NCBI RefSeq assembly: GCF_006345805.1
Contig: NC_043015.1
Coordinates: 37,200,001 to 37,264,000, forward strand
Origin: Octopus sinensis
Taxonomy: Eukaryota
Direction: 5' to 3'
DNA length: 64,000 bases
How positions within the stretch are numbered: the stretch's first letter is position 1; every line of letters begins with the position of its first letter. Under the pieces are notes generated by a model. The model had not been told where the DNA came from, did no database searches, and was given only the letters and a program-made list of their open reading frames with translations. Positions 12,850 through 27,221 of this stretch are shown piece after piece. The position numbers and the translations under genes are program-made.

Positions 12850-14859
12850 CTAAAAATGAACTATTTTGAATAGAAGCTCAGGGCCAGTAAGATAGGTAGG
12901 AAGATATTCGTCATTTGATTTATTTCACCGACACCAATAAATAAATAAATAAATATATGGAACAATTGGTTATGCTGAGTTTTGAACTCGGAATGTTAAG
13001 AATTAGTCAGGCAGCACTAGCGAGTTACAATCCGTGTGACAATATAGTATGTTTTTATCGATTACAATTCACACGGTAGCTGCTGACGGAACACTTTCCA
13101 TTTATCCAAATTCACTGAAACGTTGAAAGTCAGTTGAAAACCCGAGGGTTTTGGAATACCATTTGCTCAATGTGCTACGCGTTTGGATGGAACCCGAATC
13201 CTTTTAGCTACGAAAGAGACTTTCTTACTAGGTTTAGAGCAATGGCTGTATTTTGCAAATGCAGTTTATCTTTCATGTCCATTCCTCTTTTTGAATATAT
13301 TTAACAACTAGCACGTTTAATGGTATATATATCCTTTAAGAGGCAACGAGGAAGACACAGTTGTCACGTCACTCTGATTAAAAATAGCAGCTAAATCTCG
13401 TATGTAAGTTATATGAAAACACCTTGCATAAGGAAATAGATGGAATGTTGACTTTCAGAACACTTCAGCTCGCGTGTCTTTCTCAACACATTGATTGAAA
13501 GTGAGGCCAACACTACACTTTCAATAGTTTTACCGAGTTGTAAACTAATAGACATTAACCATTAGACTACAATGTTAAAAGGCATTCATTGGCTTCAGTA
13601 TATAAGTCAGTGAATTATACAGCTTCCTACTAATCTTTATTACAGCAAATATATCGATTATAAATAACAGTTACGAAAAAACGGTAATATGCTACTGCAC
13701 ATCGCCTCTTAACTAACTACATGGAGTAATTAACTGTAATGATTTATTTGTTTAAACTGCATTGAATTACATTGAAAGAATCCGTACAATCCATCACTCC
13801 TTATTCTCTCTTCAATCTTCCATTTATCTCAATTATATTACACAGAATAAAGAAATATTTTAATGGCGGAGAGTTTCCAATTCTTAGCCAGTTTAATTAT
13901 TGAAAGTATCTGTGGAACTTTTAGTTATATTTGTTTGATTATTTTGCATATTGAAATGGAGACCATTCTGTGTTTAGAATCCACAATTGTCGACTTTAGA
14001 CGGAATTTTATTAAATCTGTAAGTGTAAGGTAGCTGTCAAAGAATTCTCCGTTTTGATTATTTAAATTGTATAGAATGTTCAGCAACATTCCTTTCAATT
14101 ATATTTTATAAATTCCAACACCATTCTCCGTTTAAAATTCTCAAAGTATCGATCTTGAAATGGAAATTCATTGAGCTAGTAAGGATAAAATATAAACGGC
14201 AATACGTTTGCTACATCGCCGTTTAACTTATATGAAATGCGTGTGTGTGTATAAGGGGGAAACACCCTTAAATGCAGTGGGCTCTTTCAGTGAACCTAGT
14301 GGGGAAGGGTTCATTTGGTGTAGACCAATAGGTGTCAATATTAGCAAAAGAAACCTAATGAGTTAGTGAGATGAAGAAAAAGAGGAGCGAGATCTCCATT
14401 AAATGCTTGCAACAGCCAAGGCCAGTTTGAGGTATTCAACCGAGTAATGGATTGCGTCTACAACATAATCGCTGCAAAATTTCCTACCCCTTACGATATA
14501 TCAGGGCTTTCATCGACCCCATTCATTGGGTAAAAAAAAAGTTAGTGTCTCTGCAGAATACTTATGTATATATATGCATATATGCTGTAGGGAGCTTGCT
14601 CCCTTGCTTCCTTTATGAGTCATTAAGATGGTCCTTTACATGAGTTGCTTGTTTTGACTCTAATTTCTAGCAATACTGGAGCTGATTGCTGCTCTTTGTC
14701 ACTTTAGTGACGTCATATATTTCTACCTTTAGATTGTAAAATTGCGAATTAGCCACCAATATAATGTATTTATATACATATGTGTGTGTGTTGTGTTTCC
14801 GGGTGTGTGCATATATGTATGCATACAGATAAAAAGATACAGAGATAGATCGATAGATA

Positions 14860-14940
14860 GATACACACATACATACATACATACATACATACATACATAC
14901 ATACATACATACATTCATACATGCATTCATACATATATAC

Positions 14941-15008
<68 letters not shown>

Positions 15009-15010
15009 CG
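14860..15010. repeat. (TACA)n followed by (GATA)n
   Basis: Directly visible. Confidence 0.95.
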
Positions 15011-15154
15011 GATCGACTATTTTGAATGTACCAGTCATATACACAGCTATTTTCCAGATCAAACTTCAGAGTCATTCGTGTATTCTATTCCTTCTTTTGA
15101 TTCCATGAATAATAAACAAACATACAAAAACAAACTAATATACACATTTTGATT

Positions 15155-15540
15155 TATTTTATTTGTTTCAGTGGTATGATTCCAGCCCATACTGGGGCAT
15201 TGCATTTTAATGGAACAAATCGACCCCAGGATATCTTTTTTGTAATCTTGGTACTTACTCTATTGGTCTCTTTTGCCAAACCGCTAGGTAACGGGCACAA
15301 TAACGCACCAACATCGGTCGTCAAGCAACGGCGGGGAGGGAGAAACACAGACACAAAGCCGCACACATAAATATGTATATATATATACACGACGGAATTC
15401 TTTCGGTTTCCGTCTACCAAATCCACTCACAAGGCTTTGTGGCTGTATTAAAAGACATTTGCTCGCGCTGCCACGCAGTGGGACTGAACCCCGAAGCATA
15501 TGGTTGGGAAGCAATCTGCTTACCACATAGCCACGCCTCC
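15155..15540 (-). mobile_element. SINE family B, full length
   Basis: Minus strand reads ggaggcgtggctatgtggtaag..cttcccaaccat..ggttcagtcccactgcgtggca (tRNA-like head) through ..tggggtcgatttg..actgaaacaaata. Confidence 0.85.
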
Positions 15541-15934
15541 GGTTACATAAATATTGTTTAAGAAGTATGAAACTGGAGAGATTATGATGGACAGCTCTAG
15601 AATCTGTCCCAAAATGTGATGTCCATTTAACATAAATAAACTTTTTACAATTGCTGTCAACTTCTTATCGGTACTCTTTACTCTACAGAGAGTCATTGTG
15701 GAACTCACCTTAAGTACAGAACACATGTATCTACGAAGACTCAATGAAGTTTCTCGTTTCCCCCTATTTCACCATTCTACAAGAAAATAAAATAAAAATA
15801 TTCCTCCTTATATCACTTTTCGTTTTTATAATGGTCATCTGCCGTATTATATTTTCTTATTACCATTAACATTACTGTGCCTGTTGACATTATTTATTGC
15901 TGCTGTTGTTATTTCTGCCTGGCAATATAACTAC

Positions 15935-16310
15935 AACAGTCTTCTACTGTGTGGGTGCTGCAAGCTCGTGATTATCTGTACTGGCAGGAATATGCTTGTT
16001 CGTGGAACGGGTAGAACGACGAAACCGCTCTGCTCGCACTGAGCATTGCAGACTGGTGGAGAACAGCGGCTGTTGCGTGTGAGATGGACCAGTCTGTCTG
16101 CCGAGTCCATAATGAACCTTGCTCTGTTACCTTCCTTTAAATCGTCAGAAAAGGTAGTTTTCCTTTGCCTGGTGGCGGTGGTGAAAGAGGTGGTCTGGTT
16201 GGCGAGGTTGAAAGACATGAGGACAGAGACATTCCTTCTTGATGGAACCCTTATCTACACTTTCCAGTTTCATTTGAAAAGGTAAGTGAGGTTGGAAACG
16301 GAGGTGCAGT
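15935..16310 (+). mobile_element. Tx1/L1-like LINE ORF2 C-terminal remnant
   Basis: Frameshifted plus translation NDETALLAL..IADWW..EQRLLRVRWTSLSAESIMNLALLPSF..VFLCLVAVVKEVVW..YTFQFHLKR. This resembles the decayed Cys/His finger and C-terminus of Tx1-type ORF2. Confidence 0.6.
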
Positions 16311-17547
16311 CGATTACATAAGTACCAGTGAAACACTGGGGTTGAAATAATCGACTTACATATTTGTAACCCGAAATTTTGCCTAAATTTGAAACCATTA
16401 TTATTATTATCATTATTATTCAGGTCCTGTTCCATTTGGATATCAATTTGTTACATATTGAAGCCGGTTTTTATTGAATGATTACATAGAATGATTAATG
16501 AGAAATATGTCAGCATTTTGCAAAGTCTCGTTGTAGAGAAGTGTGCACCGGTGACAGACATTCAATGCGACGTTAATGATAGATCTGTAAAACTGTTCGC
16601 AAATAAGCAGTCGCCATCACCGCCATATTTCCAAAATTATACAGTTGCTGAACAATGTGAGATCCACCCCACTCACTGTCAATCACAACGTTTCATTTTA
16701 TTTTTTTACATCATATTTCTTTAGTTCTGCTTCACAAATGGGGTTTGATAGAGTATAAGTAAATTGATTTATTTATGTATCCACGCGTATGAAACGAGAC
16801 ATGAAATGGTACGTATGATACATCAAATGTATTAATACCCATCAAATTAAATTAGAATGATATACTTATGTATACCGATATATTTATGTTTCTGTATTTG
16901 GTTTTTATTTTCATTTTTCGCCCCTCCATTCTTCTCGGTCTGTTCAACGCACTCTCCTATTGGTGCTTGCGATTTTGCTTTTATTAATAAATACTAGAGT
17001 ATTATCTGATACATGACGGCCAACTAGTGACAAGAATGGTATTATTATATATACATACACACAAGAAAACACACACACACACCCTCATACGAACACATAT
17101 ATATATGCATGTATATATATATATACATATATATTTATATAAATATTGATAAATACCTACATAGGTATGCGTGTATATATGTACGAATGTATGTAACTAT
17201 ATTCATATACATATAAAATATAACGTATAAATATATATGTGTACATATATATACGTATGCATTGGAGGACATAAGTTTGTGCATATATATGTGTGAGTAT
17301 GTATACAGAGAGAGAGAGAGAGAGAGAGAGTAAGTGAGTGAGAGAGAGTAAAAGAGTGACATAGAGATGTGTTTGAGAGCATGAGTACTAAAGGAGGTTT
17401 GTCGTCGCTTCGATTTCTCTGTCGGTGTATATGTGTGCATGAATTTAATTTAGTGTGAAACCAAATTATTTCAATACATTTGAAGTCTTCATCCTATTTG
17501 CCATTTCTTTACATACACTGTTTATATTCGTTGTCGTTTTCTTTGCA

Positions 17548-17600
<53 letters not shown>

Positions 17601-17907
17601 TATTTTTTTTTTCTGTATTCATAATTGCATTGCGTCATTCCATTTAACAATTGATGGATGTCTTCTGCGCTTTTCTTTTGGCTGCGTGCAACATTCTGGA
17701 ATATTCTTACTTATGCGCGTTTTTATATTTACTTTTCGTTCAAGAACACTCACTGAGTTATTGTACCGAACGTACTCTGCATTATATACGCGAAGCTTTT
17801 GTATATAATAGAAATTTCTAACAGCAAAAGTCCACCTCATATCTGGAGTAAATATTTTTGCTATTTTATATAACGTATGTAAGCTCTCGCCTAGCAAATC
17901 GAAAACA

Positions 17908-18046
<139 letters not shown>

Positions 18047-18524
18047 TATATATATATATATTTATACATACACACACATGTATACATACATGCATACATC
18101 CATATATATACATATGCATACACACGCACGCATCTGCAGAGCAAAATTATGTTATTCTGTTTTGTCTCTCTATATATGTGAGCTTAAGAATAAAAGCCAT
18201 AATTTATGTGTTGTGTCTGTACATTCTGTGTTAGTTATGTTGCGTCTTTAAGTCCGTGTGTAATTATATTTAAATATGTTCAACACGCTCTGTTGTGTAG
18301 AGATGTGTCAGCTATTCCTTAATCTTTTGAAAAATAAATGGTTATTCCCATACGTACATTATGCATCTAAGTCCAGTGTTTTAACTTATCCTTTAAGTTT
18401 GTTTCAATAAATATGACGATACCCGAATTTTGTCAGTGATTTTATTCCTGTTCTAAATCCCTCACCTTATGTTCGCATCAATTTCAAAAATGTTATATTT
18501 CTGTAGACCCCTCATATTACTTAC

Positions 18525-18762
18525 CGATATACTATTATCGCTCTCTGGAACCTATCGATCGAATAAAAGAGATTCCGTCTCTTGTTGGTGAAGACCACAT
18601 TAATATAAGAGAGATTTACATTTCCATGTCTGTATGAATACGCGTATCTCAGCACAGAGTCACTGGCTGAAACCTTATTTTCCAGTAGACGCTTGTGGCG
18701 ATCTTTATTCAGTGAATATTTAATACTACGAATATAGTTTTCTCTGTTTGAAGCATCCATTT
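18525..18762 (-). CDS. Candidate 238-nt internal exon, 78 aa (MDASNRENYIRS...RRNLFYSIDRFQRAIIVY); YWTD-repeat-like end
   Basis: Open frame with a purine-rich first codon position, ending at a CG|gtaagt donor. The acceptor is cttcacag|, with a weak tract, so the start is uncertain. VFTNKRRNLFYSID..IIVYR resembles the LDLR class B pattern AVDW..RNLYWTD..I.V. Confidence 0.5.
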
Positions 18763-20074
18763 CTGTGAAGCTATATAACTTGTGTTTTATCGCATTTGAC
18801 TCTGTTCGCGTGTATATGCGTGCGTGCGTGCGTTCGTACATGTTTACAGGTTTGGATACCAGCTATTCTGCAAATTTTCTTTCTAGTTTATCTCAAGTGG
18901 TATTGATGTTGCTGTTGCCTTCTTATATGTTGAATATAAATGCATAAGTTCAAATATCCGTATTATATATATTGTGTACGTTTTACATTACACCATCATT
19001 CCCAGTGCATCAAATATAATAGAGTTTGTTTTCTGTTATCAACTACGTAATTCAAGAAATCTGTATTTCGAGATATTTCATCCATTTGCATATCATATCC
19101 AAGTCTTTTAGAGATTTATTATTGCCGGTTGGGATTGATATTCTTGCAATATATTTACTTGGCGCTATTATGTATAAGTATTTGGATTGATTCACCATTA
19201 TTCGTAGAACTCAAGTCACATGACATATGGCGTTCCATTCATTGAGGCATAACTATTCGTTTTATGTTTGTACGACCGTTCGTCCATCTATTATCAATTT
19301 TACTTCATCATAAACGGTCTTTCACAATACTTTAAATGCAATGTCACACGTCGCCCATCCTCGTGGCAATAAACGAATCATTATCGTCATTGCTAATCTT
19401 ATTATTTCATAGATTATTCACAGTATGATAGATATAGCAAGAGCTTCCTATTATCCAAACAATTCACAAAATGGTGCATCTAGGAAAACTGGCATAAACT
19501 TTGTTCAATGCCAACAAGGAGATTCCAAGACAACAAAAATGTTGAAGATTACAACCGCCACCTGAGAATGCCTTTAGACTTATTGCAAATCCGAGAATTG
19601 TTATTTTCTGCTGCGAATATTTATCGAGCTGCATAGAAATGGTAGGAAGACCTCTACAGTTTTGCCAATTACACAAAAGCTAATAGAAATATTTGTCAAT
19701 AGGCATCATGTAATTACTTCAACCCTTAACTTCAATTTCTCAAATTTGAGGCCTCCTTCACACTTCATTAAGGATTTCATAATATTGCTATCTAATTACT
19801 AAGATTCTATCAATCTTAATTTGGCAAATGAACTGAAGGTATGTTGTGAAACTGTGTGTTGAAGTTAAAAAATATTTTCCACCTTTATTTTCTGAAGAAG
19901 AGAAGGTTTTCTTAAAGCAGCTGAGATATAATGGTTTCGCGATTGTAAAATAGCAGAGAGACATTCTCGATTCTCCAATCTATGTTTCGAGTTCAAGTGC
20001 CGCTAATGGTGAAGTATTCGCATGGCTAATTCATTACACATGCCACATTCATCATCTGCATTGTGCGAGTTGGG

Positions 20075-20476
20075 AATATTCTTTTCTGCTCTAAGCACAA
20101 GGCCAAAAATTTTGGAAGGGGGGGGCAGTCGATTAGATCGACCACAGTACGCAGCTGGTACTTAATTCATCATCGACTGCGAATAGATGAAAAGTCAACC
20201 TAGGCGAAATTTGAACTCAGAACATAGCGGCAGACGAAATACCTATTACTTTACTACCAACAAGGAGCTAAACACAGAGAGGACAAACAAGGACAGACAA
20301 ACGGATTAAGTCGATTACATCGATGCCAGTGTGCAACTGGTACCTAATTTATCGCCCCCGAAAGGATGAAAAGCAAAGTCGACCTCGGTGGAATTTGAAC
20401 TCAGAACGCAGCGGCCGAGGAAATACCACAAAGCATTTCGCCCGTCATGCTAACGTTTCTGCCAGCTCGCCGCCTT
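20075..20476 (-). mobile_element. Dimeric SINE family A (full unit plus 5'-truncated second unit)
   Basis: Same architecture and junction (about 20243) as the copies at 44009 and 46730. Confidence 0.9.
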
Positions 20477-21489
20477 ACATGTTGGGAATATTACGTAAGT
20501 GGGAATATCATGAAAATATTCCTCTTCTTTTTTTTATTATTTTATCACAATTGACTTATTATGTCAGATTTTAATCGTTAAGTCATGTTTTGTGGGCCCC
20601 TATCAAGGGCTCCTCATAATTCTGGCCAATTTTCCAATGTATGAGATCCTAGAACTTTTCATGTCCTTACAGGTACTTCTTCATGGCAAACATTAAAAAC
20701 AAAAGCATCTGAATCTTTGCTGTTTCGTGTCTCTTGTTCTTTCCTGCGATTGTCGAAGCGTTTCATTTTGTTCTTTAGTTTCACACATACACACAGGTAA
20801 TCTTTCTCTTTTCCTCTTTTCGCTCTCCTCATTCTTAACCAGGATGTTTATGCTACTGATTCTATTCCATTGATTTCCGTTTTTATTTTAACCAATTCTT
20901 GGTAAATATTTTCTTTGTTCTCCAGACGAACTGATCGTTTTCTGCAAATAATAGCCGCTTTCTATAATAACAGATTTTTTTGCCATTAAGCGAGATTTTC
21001 TTCTTTAAGCGGTTTCTTTTTTTATTTCGATGGAAACATTCCTGGCCATGCTACCTTCCTTAAGTGATTTACACATCCTTTTTAAATTCGTTCTCAGTGA
21101 TATACAATTTATCATAAACTGCAATATATTTTCATTTTATTGCATATGTAGTTTTTGAATGATTTTGTATCTAAATTGCGCTTGTATTTGATATGCTTTC
21201 ATAAGCAAATCGGACGATATGTGAACCATACTGGAACTACAGTTGTTATTGTGTATGTTATTTCGCTTCACCTGGCCATATTGATGTTCGTGTTTGTCTT
21301 TGTTAAGTCTAAAATAGTGAGGTTACCTATTTTGTATAATGATATTATTATTTTATTATTAAACATTACATTTGCGAGTTACTAGCTGTAAGGAATCACG
21401 TTGTTATCAATAATAACATTTTAACTCCACATTTAATTAACTGTCATATTCATGACTTCGAACTTGCGGACTTTTCAGGATATTTTTTC

Positions 21490-22430
21490 TGTTTTACATG
21501 TACCCTTTCATTCATAATTTTGTTTTTTTCTGAGGGTTTTCTGTTTTTACATGTACCCTTTCATTCATAATTTTGTTTTTTTCTGTTTTAACTATATCCT
21601 TTCATTCATAATTTTGTTTTTCTGTTTTTTCTTGTTTTTAAATATACCCTTTCATTCATTTTTTTCTGTTTTTTCCTTGTTTTTACCTATACCCTATATA
21701 TCATAATTTTGCTTTTTGCTTTTTTTCTGTTTTTACATGTACCCTTTCATTCATAATTTTCTGTTTTTTTTTCTGTTTTTACATGTACCCTTTCATTCAA
21801 AAATTTTTTTTCTGTTTCTTTCTGTTTTTACATGTACCCTTTCATTCATAATTTTGTTTTTTTTCTGAGGGTTTTCTGTTTTTACATGTACCCTTTCATT
21901 CATAATTTTGTTTTTTTCTGTTTTAACTATACCCTTTCATTCATTTTTTTCTGTTTTTTTCCTTGTTTTTACCTATACCCTATATATCATAATTTTGCTT
22001 TTTGCTTTTTTTTCTGTTTTTACATGTACCCTTTCATTCATAATTTTCTGTTTTTTTTCTGTTTTTACATGTACCCTTTCATTCAAAGATTTTTTTCTGT
22101 TTCTTTCTGTTTTTACATGTACCCTTTCATTCATAATTTTGTTTTTTTCTGTTTTAACTATACCCTTTCATTCATAATTTTGTTTTTCTGTTTTTTCTTG
22201 TTTTTAAATATACCCTTTCATTCATTTTTTTCTGTTTTTTTCCTTGTTTTTACCTATACCCTATATATCATAATTTTGCTATTTGCTTTTTTTTCTGTTT
22301 TTACATGTACCCTTTCATTCATAATTTTCTGTTTTTTTCTGTTTTTACATGTACCCTTTCATTCAAAAATCTTTTTTCTGTTTCTTTCTGTTTTTACAAA
22401 TACCCTTTCATTCATAATTTTGTTTGCATA
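21490..22430. repeat. T-rich minisatellite, about 40-52 bp monomers in a 7-monomer higher-order repeat (about 3 copies)
   Basis: Core taccctttcattca. Diagnostic variants (ctgagggtttt, aactata, aaatata, cctataccctatatatc, caaaaatt) recur in a fixed order. Confidence 0.9.
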
Positions 22431-22504
22431 TTTCTATCCTTTCGTTTTCCTTCTTAATCAGAATTTGAATTATATTCATGTTCTTTATGCATTTTGAACA
22501 TGTA

Positions 22505-22780
22505 ATGGTACGTCGGCAAGTGTTTAGGCTGTTGCACTCACTAGACCATACGTTCGATTCCCCCACTTGGCGGTGAGTTGTGTTCTGGAGCAAAAACAAT
22601 TCATTTCACATTGGCCCAGTCCCCTTTCGATCAGTTGTGTGGATGGGAGGAATGTTGGCCTGCTCACCAAGCCAACATAGTGGCATCATTCGAAAGTTGA
22701 AATGATGCAAAGCGCCTTGTGACCAGTGATGTGTAACATCATCTGATACACTGGTCGGTCCTGTGATCACGTGATTTTGA
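22505..22780 (+). mobile_element. SINE family C (tRNA head, conserved core, tail type 1)
   Basis: gttcgattccc..ttgtgttctggagcaaaaac..ttcacattggcccagtcc, then the tail ttgtgaccagtgatgtgtaac shared with 28565-28870. Confidence 0.7.
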
Positions 22781-23248
22781 GTGCGTTACCATTATTTTGT
22801 CGGGGTTACATAATCGCTGCACAATTTCCGTTCCTTGTAATGTAGCTGTTGTATAAAACAAATGCTCACGTTGCAAATTTTCTCTTAGATTCAAGATGCG
22901 AGGTTCGATTCTTCATTTATATTGTTCTAATTTCCGCCGACTTCCTCTTAATTTCTGTCATTGTTGCAGATTTGTTTTAAATCCTCCTTTCTTTTTTTCG
23001 CAATTTTCTACCTGAACATTAATGTCATTGTAAGTTTTCATTAGAACCACCTGGCTTTTACATGCATTCATTGTTATATGATTGTGTAGGGAGATGAAAC
23101 GATCTCACAAAAATCAGGATTTGCTTCTTCATTTGTTAGATTAAGTATTGTTACTGACTGACAGCGAATGCAGCTATTTCTAATACAAGAAGTAGATTCA
23201 ACAACCAGATATAACTGTCATGCATAAATTAATATATTAATATATAGT

Positions 23249-23475
23249 AAGGCGCGAGTTGGCGGAAGCGTTAGCACGCCGGGCAAAATGCTTAGCGGCT
23301 TTTCGTCTGCCTTTACGTTCTATGTTCAAATTCCGCCGAGGTGGACTTTGCCTTTCATTCTTTCGGAGTCGATAAATTAATAAATTAATTACCAGTGAAA
23401 TACTAGTGTCGATGTAATTGACAACACTCCTTTCCCAAAATTTCAGAACTTGTGTCTATACTAGAAAAGATTTAT
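23249..23475 (+). mobile_element. SINE family A monomer, short tail
   Basis: aaggcgcgagttggcggaagcgttagcacgccgggc..gttcaaattccgccgagg..ctagaaaaga. Confidence 0.9.
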
Positions 23476-23529
23476 TGTTGTTATTGTTGTTGCTATGATT
23501 ATTATTGGTGTTGTTGTTGGTTTTGTTGT

Positions 23530-23915
23530 TGTTTTTGTTGTTATATTGTCTTTTCACAGCTTCTAACGTTGGAGTTGTACGACGTTGCCAGCTGTTCACT
23601 ACCAGTGTACTAATGTAACAACCCTTATTTTTCGAGCACCTTCCGGAGTACTGGAGCGGGCCCAAGTAGTGCTGTTTTCTGCAAATACTCCACCCTTATT
23701 GTAACGCCTGTTTGTTCCATGTACTTCTTAAGGGTTTTACTCACTATTCCCCGAGCTACTACCACCTTTCATCGACCACAACAGCTTAACCTCCCGAGCT
23801 AACCTGTTATATCTATCGACTTTTCTTTTTTCCTTATCACATACCTTGTTGTCAGCTGGACATGCTATATCTATGATCCACCATCGTTTGATTTCTTTCT
23901 CCCTCTTCTTTTTGT
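23530..23915 (-). mobile_element. R4/Dong-clade LINE 3' end (REL endonuclease C-terminus, 3' UTR, tail)
   Basis: Minus translation WWIIDIACPADNKVCDKEKRKVDRYNRLAREVKLLWSMK..KYMEQTGVTIRVEYLQKTALLGPAPVLRKVLEK*, followed by (CAA/TAA)n. Confidence 0.85.
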
Positions 23916-23929
23916 TGTTGCTGTTATTG

Positions 23930-24154
23930 TTGTTGTTCTTGTTCTTCTTTTTCTTCTTCTTCTTCTTCTTCTTCTTCTTCTTCTTCTTCTTCTTCTTCTT
24001 GCTGTTATTGCTATGCTCATGAAAAATTATTAATAAATATAAGTTTACTTTATTTATTTAATCTCTAAACCATTAAACATTCAAACCTGTCTATTCCTAA
24101 ACTCCACAAGAGATAATCAACTCTTCAACTATAATAATAATAATAATAATAATG

Positions 24155-24206
<52 letters not shown>

Positions 24207-24299
24207 TGTTAGTAATGGTAATTATTAATATTATTATTATTATTATATTATTATTATTATTATTATTATTGGTAGTAGTAGTAGTAGTAGGAGTAGTAG

Positions 24300-24332
<33 letters not shown>

Positions 24333-24370
24333 CAGCAGCAGCAGCAGATGTGGTAGTAGTAGTAGTAGTG
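23930..24370. repeat. (TTC)n, (TAA)n, (TTA)n and (TAG)n microsatellite cluster
   Basis: Directly visible. Confidence 0.95.
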
Positions 24371-24769
24371 ATTTTTAGAAGTCGTTGCTTCATTTGTTTA
24401 TTTTCTTTTCCTCCGCGCTGTCTTTTGTCAAAGTTAAACGGAGTCATTTTGAAAGATTTCTTGATAACCTCCTATTTAGATTTCTTTCATTTTCCAGCTT
24501 CAATTCTTATCTCCAAATCATTTCATATAAATGATATATCAAACTACCAAATCTTTCCGCGTAAAAGATTCATATTCGCTATTCTATTGCTGTTGTCGCA
24601 ATCGCTGCTACTTCTGTCTTTTGTTTTCGTTGTTTTACTTGTTTTCTTCTATTTTTTGTGTATGTGTTTCTTGTTTGTTTTGCTATTTCATATGAATCTT
24701 AATTTTCAGGTAGTTTTTGTTTGCTTTTTGGGATTTTTTGCTTTGTTTTGGGGCTGTACATATATATAT

Positions 24770-24856
<87 letters not shown>

Positions 24857-25611
24857 TACATATATAAATGCATATATTTAAGTATATATATGTATACATA
24901 TATATATATATGTATATATATATTTATATGTATACATACATATATATATATATATATACTTCAATTTTATTTAAATTTCATTAAGAGTCTATTAAAATAA
25001 AGAGAATCATTATTGATTTTCATTTCCCGAATGAAACTGCAATAGAAACAAGTTTAGCAATCATAACGATGAGGTTGATGATGATGATGATAATAATAAT
25101 AATAATAATAATGATAATAATAATAATAATGATAAAAATGACACATTATTAGACACAGTTTCAATAACTTTCTACGAACCATAATGATCAGTCTCATTAT
25201 AGATGTGAATATCAGCTTCATTATCATTATCGAAATCACGATCATCGTCGTCGTCGTCGCCGTGGTCGTCGTTATCATCGTCATCATCATCGTCATCATC
25301 AAGACCATCGCCATCCGTGTTATCTACACTCTACACCGTGCATCGTTATCGCCACCGTCTCCTCCATATTAAATGTCTTAAATATTTTTATGTAAACACA
25401 ATGTCTACAGTTCCATCGACACCTTTTAGGAAATTATTAATTTTGTTGTTAATCATTTGTGTTTAAACATTATTTTGTGAAGAATGATATCAGCTTCAGC
25501 ATCACGAAAGTGAAGAGGAGAAGAATACACGTAGAAATGGGTATTTACGCAGCATGGATGCATACGCTCGTGTGTATGTATGTATGTGTGTATGTGTGTG
25601 CGTGTGTGCAT

Positions 25612-25777
25612 TAAGAGCGGTGACGTGAATGTGTGGTAAGAAGCTTGCTTCACGACCCCATGATTCCGGGTTCAGTCCCACTGCATGGCACCTCGTGTAA
25701 GTGTCTTCTACTATAGATTCGGGCCCACCAAAGGCTTCCTAGTAAATTTAGTATACTGCAAATGAAGAAAGCCCTTC

Positions 25778-25817
<40 letters not shown>

Positions 25818-25950
25818 TGTGTATGTATGTATGTATCTAGGTACGTATGTATGTATGTATGTGTGTGTGTGTGTGTGTCCTTGTGCGGGTGTTCGTTCCC
25901 AACCACTGCTTGTGGCATTGGTATATTTAGGACCGTGTAACTTAGCCGGT
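25612..25950 (+). mobile_element. SINE family B with expanded central (TA)/(TATG)/(TG) tract
   Basis: gtgtggtaagaagcttgcttc..ccgggttcagtcccactgcatggcacct..aagtgtcttctactatag. Confidence 0.85.
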
Positions 25951-26683
25951 CTCTATAGGTTGCACTTAAGAAAATTGTAAAATTATGCTTTGCCTTTAAA
26001 GACATGCAGTGCAATGCTCAATCTCGTTAAAACATTCCACAGCATTGTTTTTCGCATTTTTCTTTTTTGGATCGATGTTTTTTCGTGTTTTTCATTTTTC
26101 TTTTTTCTTTTGGTCCAAGTAAAACCCCGGACTATGGCAATAATACTATTTGTATTGTAATTTTATATAAATAGAAATCTCTTAAAGGGGTTGGAAGTAA
26201 ACAAACAAGACGTTTATCTCTGTTTATTACTCTCCATGTGCGAAAGCGAAATAGAAAATATACAGGATTATTTTTCTTTCATTGAATTCATTTTAAAACA
26301 AATCTCCCATTTTGTTTGTTTTGTTTTCTTTTATTAATTTTTTTTGCATTTGGTGGTGGTGGGGAAACTCCTTTTGTTTGCTCGCTTTCAATTTTGATAG
26401 TTCCCTTGTTTTCATTTTAATGATATTCTATTTTTCCTTGGCTTCAAACAGCTTCTATTTCCGACCATGAGGACATTGGTCTTATTTGATCGGCGAAAAA
26501 TATATCACTTGAAATGCTTCTAACATGTTAATTATCAATTTCTCGAAATCATGAATGCAATATTTGCCATCAGCATGCAAAACAACATCTGTGTGAATAA
26601 TTTGAAATGCCACCTATTTCGAATTAAAAATGAAGTGATTGGAAGGGGACAATCTTATTAAACCCGACGGTTGAAGAATGGTA

Positions 26684-26892
26684 ATAAATTTTGGCACGAG
26701 GTCAGAAATTTTGAAGGAGAAGTACTTCGATTTCAGTGACACCAGTGTTCAATTCCTACTCATTTTAACGACCCCGAAAGGATGAACGGCAAAGTTGACC
26801 TCGGCGGAATTTGAATCCATAACGTCAAGACGAATATTCGTTACGAAGCATTGTGTCTGTCACGGTAACGATACTGCCAGTGTGCCGCCTTA
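26684..26892 (-). mobile_element. SINE family A monomer
   Basis: gaccccgaaaggatgaacggcaaagttgacctcggcggaatttgaa. Confidence 0.8.
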
Positions 26893-27201
26893 ACAGACAG
26901 TGTAATAATGGTTCCAACATGTCTGTTTATTAATTTCTTCAATCAGATTTGATGCGGTAGTCGTGGTTGGATCATGCTAAACACAACAATAACATATTAG
27001 AATGTAAATTTCGTCTAAATTAAACAAGCCTCAAAATACAACAATCGGTTTTGAACTTGTTATCTCTAGCTCTACGATTTACGATTTAATATAGATCCAA
27101 AGAACGAATAAGAAATTATCGCAAGATTAATTATTTAATTCGTGATTTTATCAGTTGGATGAAATAATGCTTTTCTCTTTCTTTTATATAACGTTTTACA
27201 G

Positions 27202-27221
27202 GTGTTTATTTTGTGTCGAAG
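27202..27221 (+). other. Possible 20-nt plus-strand micro-exon
   Basis: Long pyrimidine tract ending ttttacag|G and an AAG|gtaaga donor. No partner exon identified. Confidence 0.25.

Noticed and set aside
16491-16724. 77-aa plus ORF with protein-like composition
   Set aside because: No recognisable family, and no phase-consistent chain of plus-strand exons could be built.
20600-21110. Possible very old R4-like LINE remnant on the minus strand
   Set aside because: Resemblance is too weak to support by eye.
21490-22430. CRISPR-like look (constant core with variable spacers) and the 221-aa ORF
   Set aside because: The spacers are homologous T-rich variants, there are no cas genes and the context is eukaryotic. 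It is a minisatellite.
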